DNA of 64,000 nt from Octopus sinensis (taxonomy: Eukaryota): positions 682,001 to 746,000 of the forward strand of contig NC_043004.1 in the NCBI RefSeq assembly GCF_006345805.1, read 5' to 3'. The notes under the pieces were generated by a model. That model saw nothing but the letters and a program-made list of their open reading frames with translations. It was not told where the DNA came from and searched no databases. The position numbers were made by a program, and so were the translations under genes. This document shows positions 62,371 to 64,000 of the stretch, in pieces. Numbering within the stretch: position 1 is the stretch's first letter; each line of letters opens with the position of its first letter.

Positions 62371-62375
<5 letters not shown>
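60654..62375 (+). mobile_element. 1.7-kb palindromic Penelope-like derivative: about 680-bp near-identical inverted arms, about 330-bp simple-repeat spacer, 39-nt one-sided tail, (TA)n on both sides
   Basis: About 60654-61331 versus 61662-62340; I found 2 substitutions and 2 homopolymer indels; mirrored ORFs 60909-61091(+) and 61900-62082(-) are identical; termini homologous to the 51-kb element. Confidence 0.92.
62254..62294 (+). ncRNA. Hammerhead-like motif, U3:A8 core variant (paralogues at 60699-60738 minus, 51093-51134 minus, 51438-51479 plus)
   Basis: ACUU-UUGACAA-UCUUUUACCAAAGAGU-GAAA-CCGG-UU-AAGU; 4-bp stem I; palindromic stem III ACCGGU. Confidence 0.6.
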
Positions 62376-62416
<41 letters not shown>

Positions 62417-62599
62417 GAGCGGAGTAAATGATTTGACCGCAAAATACCGAAAGCACAAGTTGCCCTGGGTTAGACATATCGCAAGGTTCATAGACAACAG
62501 GTGGACCCGCACAGGTGCCGAAGAGTGTTCAAAAGATTGAAAAAAGGCTCCTTGGAAGACCTCCACAACGACGGGAAGACATTTTAGTTAAGTAATTTG

Positions 62600-63720
62600 G
62601 GTCAAGCTGGGAAAGAATGGTGCAATCAAGACAAGATTGGAAGAGAATTGTGATCAGTGGTGTATAACAACATCTGATGGTCTGTTCGGTACTGTGCATC
62701 AAGTATTAGGTTGATGCTTCTTGTTCCTGGACTGCAAATGTGCACCTTTCGAAGTGATAGACGCCTTTGATTAACAGCGTTTCTGTCATCCCGGAGCTTT
62801 CTGCTTGCATATCCATACATGGTCTTCTGCCGATACGCATTCATCTTTTCATATGTTGCGTTAGAATCGAGCAACTTCTTTGGGAATGCATTGAAGGTTA
62901 TCAGACAGGGAATGTTTCTCGAGGTGCTGCTTTCCATGTCCCATGATGTTATCTGCTTTGTGTATGCAAACTTGGTCAAAGGATGCACTTCGATACTTGG
63001 TGGGTAGAAGATGTTGTCGAAAGGATATCATGTGACAACCAAAAGCTGCTTTTGGTTGTCACATCACATCCCTTAAACCGCTGCTTTCTTATTTTCGTTT
63101 TAGGTAGAGGTGGTCTATTTCAATATTGATGTGAAAATTACTTGTGCTGGTCAATATCTTCTGGGTCTTCACACCAATGGTTCGAATCTCATCAAGCATT
63201 CAGTCAAGCAGCTCAAATGTTGGTGTAAGTACTGGTACTGCAAGCACATTTTGGGCCACTGTTTTATTGAATGCAGAGAGTTCCGAGGTTCATCTTTTTC
63301 GTATCCAGTTGTTATATTCTTTTGTGATGTTTCCTGTTAGAGGTACCATCGCAAGATATGTTTTCATGCCCTTATGCGCCAGTAACACTCCTCATCAAAT
63401 AGAGTAGAAACAGTTAAGCCGATGGTGGAGATGCTGCTAGTCTGGTTTGTAGTTTTCATAACTATAAAGCAACATTTATTCAATCCTGTATATTTTGAGA
63501 ATCTTGTAAGCTGGTTAAGAATTTTTTCATCTCATACCTACTCCTGATATACAGTTTCAAGTCATCCACATAAGAACAGAGTTTAATTTTTGCTATTTCT
63601 GTCTCCTTGTGAGCCAATGAGATACTCAACATAAATGACAAGGGGTTTACTAGCATTCCACAGAGGTTGGACCCCTTGGAATATATCTCTACGATAGTGT
63701 GTTTTATCAGTGACAATATT
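62600..63720 (-). pseudogene. Degraded R4/Dong-like RLE-class retrotransposon RT region (separate family)
   Basis: LCSYVDDLKLY (YVDD at 63561-63572); KEYNNWIRKR*TSELSAFNKTVAQNVLAVPVLTPTF..DEIRTIGVKTQKILT..FHINIEIDHLYLKRK*ESSGL; RQKTMYG; LILDAQ. Confidence 0.8.
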
Positions 63721-63786
63721 ATTTCTTGTATTTAACTTTGACGGTGACTCAAGATAAAGTCAGATCAGTTATACGTTGATTATAGT

Positions 63787-64000
63787 ATGTATGTATATAT
63801 AAGTGGTCTTCCTATGATGCTGACATGCAGTCTCTGTGCAAGACCCTGCCTCAATAAAGCTGGACACATGAGTCATCTTCGTAGTCATAAAGCGAGGCAG
63901 ATGAGTGACAACCTGGCCACTGGTGGTGGTGTAACACACCATACTAATCATATCTGTCGTGTATGTGGAAGAGACTGTAATTCGGCAAGAGGACTTAAAC
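63787..64000 (+). CDS. Partial ORF with two C2H2-type zinc fingers, running off the window edge (possibly TE-derived)
   Basis: MYVYISGLPMMLTCSLCARPCLNKAGHMSHLRSHKARQMSDNLATGGGVTHHTNHICRVCGRDCNSARGLK...; CX2CX12HX3H finger plus the start of a second; no stop before the edge. Confidence 0.65.
   Translation, partial: MYVYISGLPMMLTCSLCARPCLNKAGHMSHLRSHKARQMSDNLATGGGVTHHTNHICRVCGRDCNSARGLK

Overview
AT-rich, microsatellite-dense eukaryotic DNA. The SINE families and repeat landscape look like an Octopus (octopodid) genome; this is recognition from memory, not a database result. No intact host protein-coding gene is evident, and almost all ORF-track entries are microsatellite or repeat artefacts. 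The window is a nested transposon graveyard: three tRNA-derived SINE families (>40 copies); RLE-type (R4/Dong-like) non-LTR retrotransposon fragments sitting in or carrying (AAT)n tracts, including a 2.45-kb RT-to-RLE pseudogene; Jockey-like, CR1/L2-like and RTE LINE remnants; a complete-ended hAT/Buster element with TSD; a maT (DD37D-like) and a mariner (DD34D) remnant; a TTAA-flanked piggyBac-type MITE; and a Penelope GIY-YIG remnant. The most interesting signal is a set of microsatellite-flanked fold-back elements (23.5, 34.7, 39.2, 50.2, 51.0 and 60.7-62.4 kb), most with a one-sided terminal extension. They carry minimal hammerhead-ribozyme-like motifs with palindromic stem III, including a compensatory U3:A8 core variant and an extra-A variant. 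These look like non-autonomous Penelope-like retroelement derivatives. An ORF with two C2H2 zinc fingers runs off the right edge and is missed by the ORF track.
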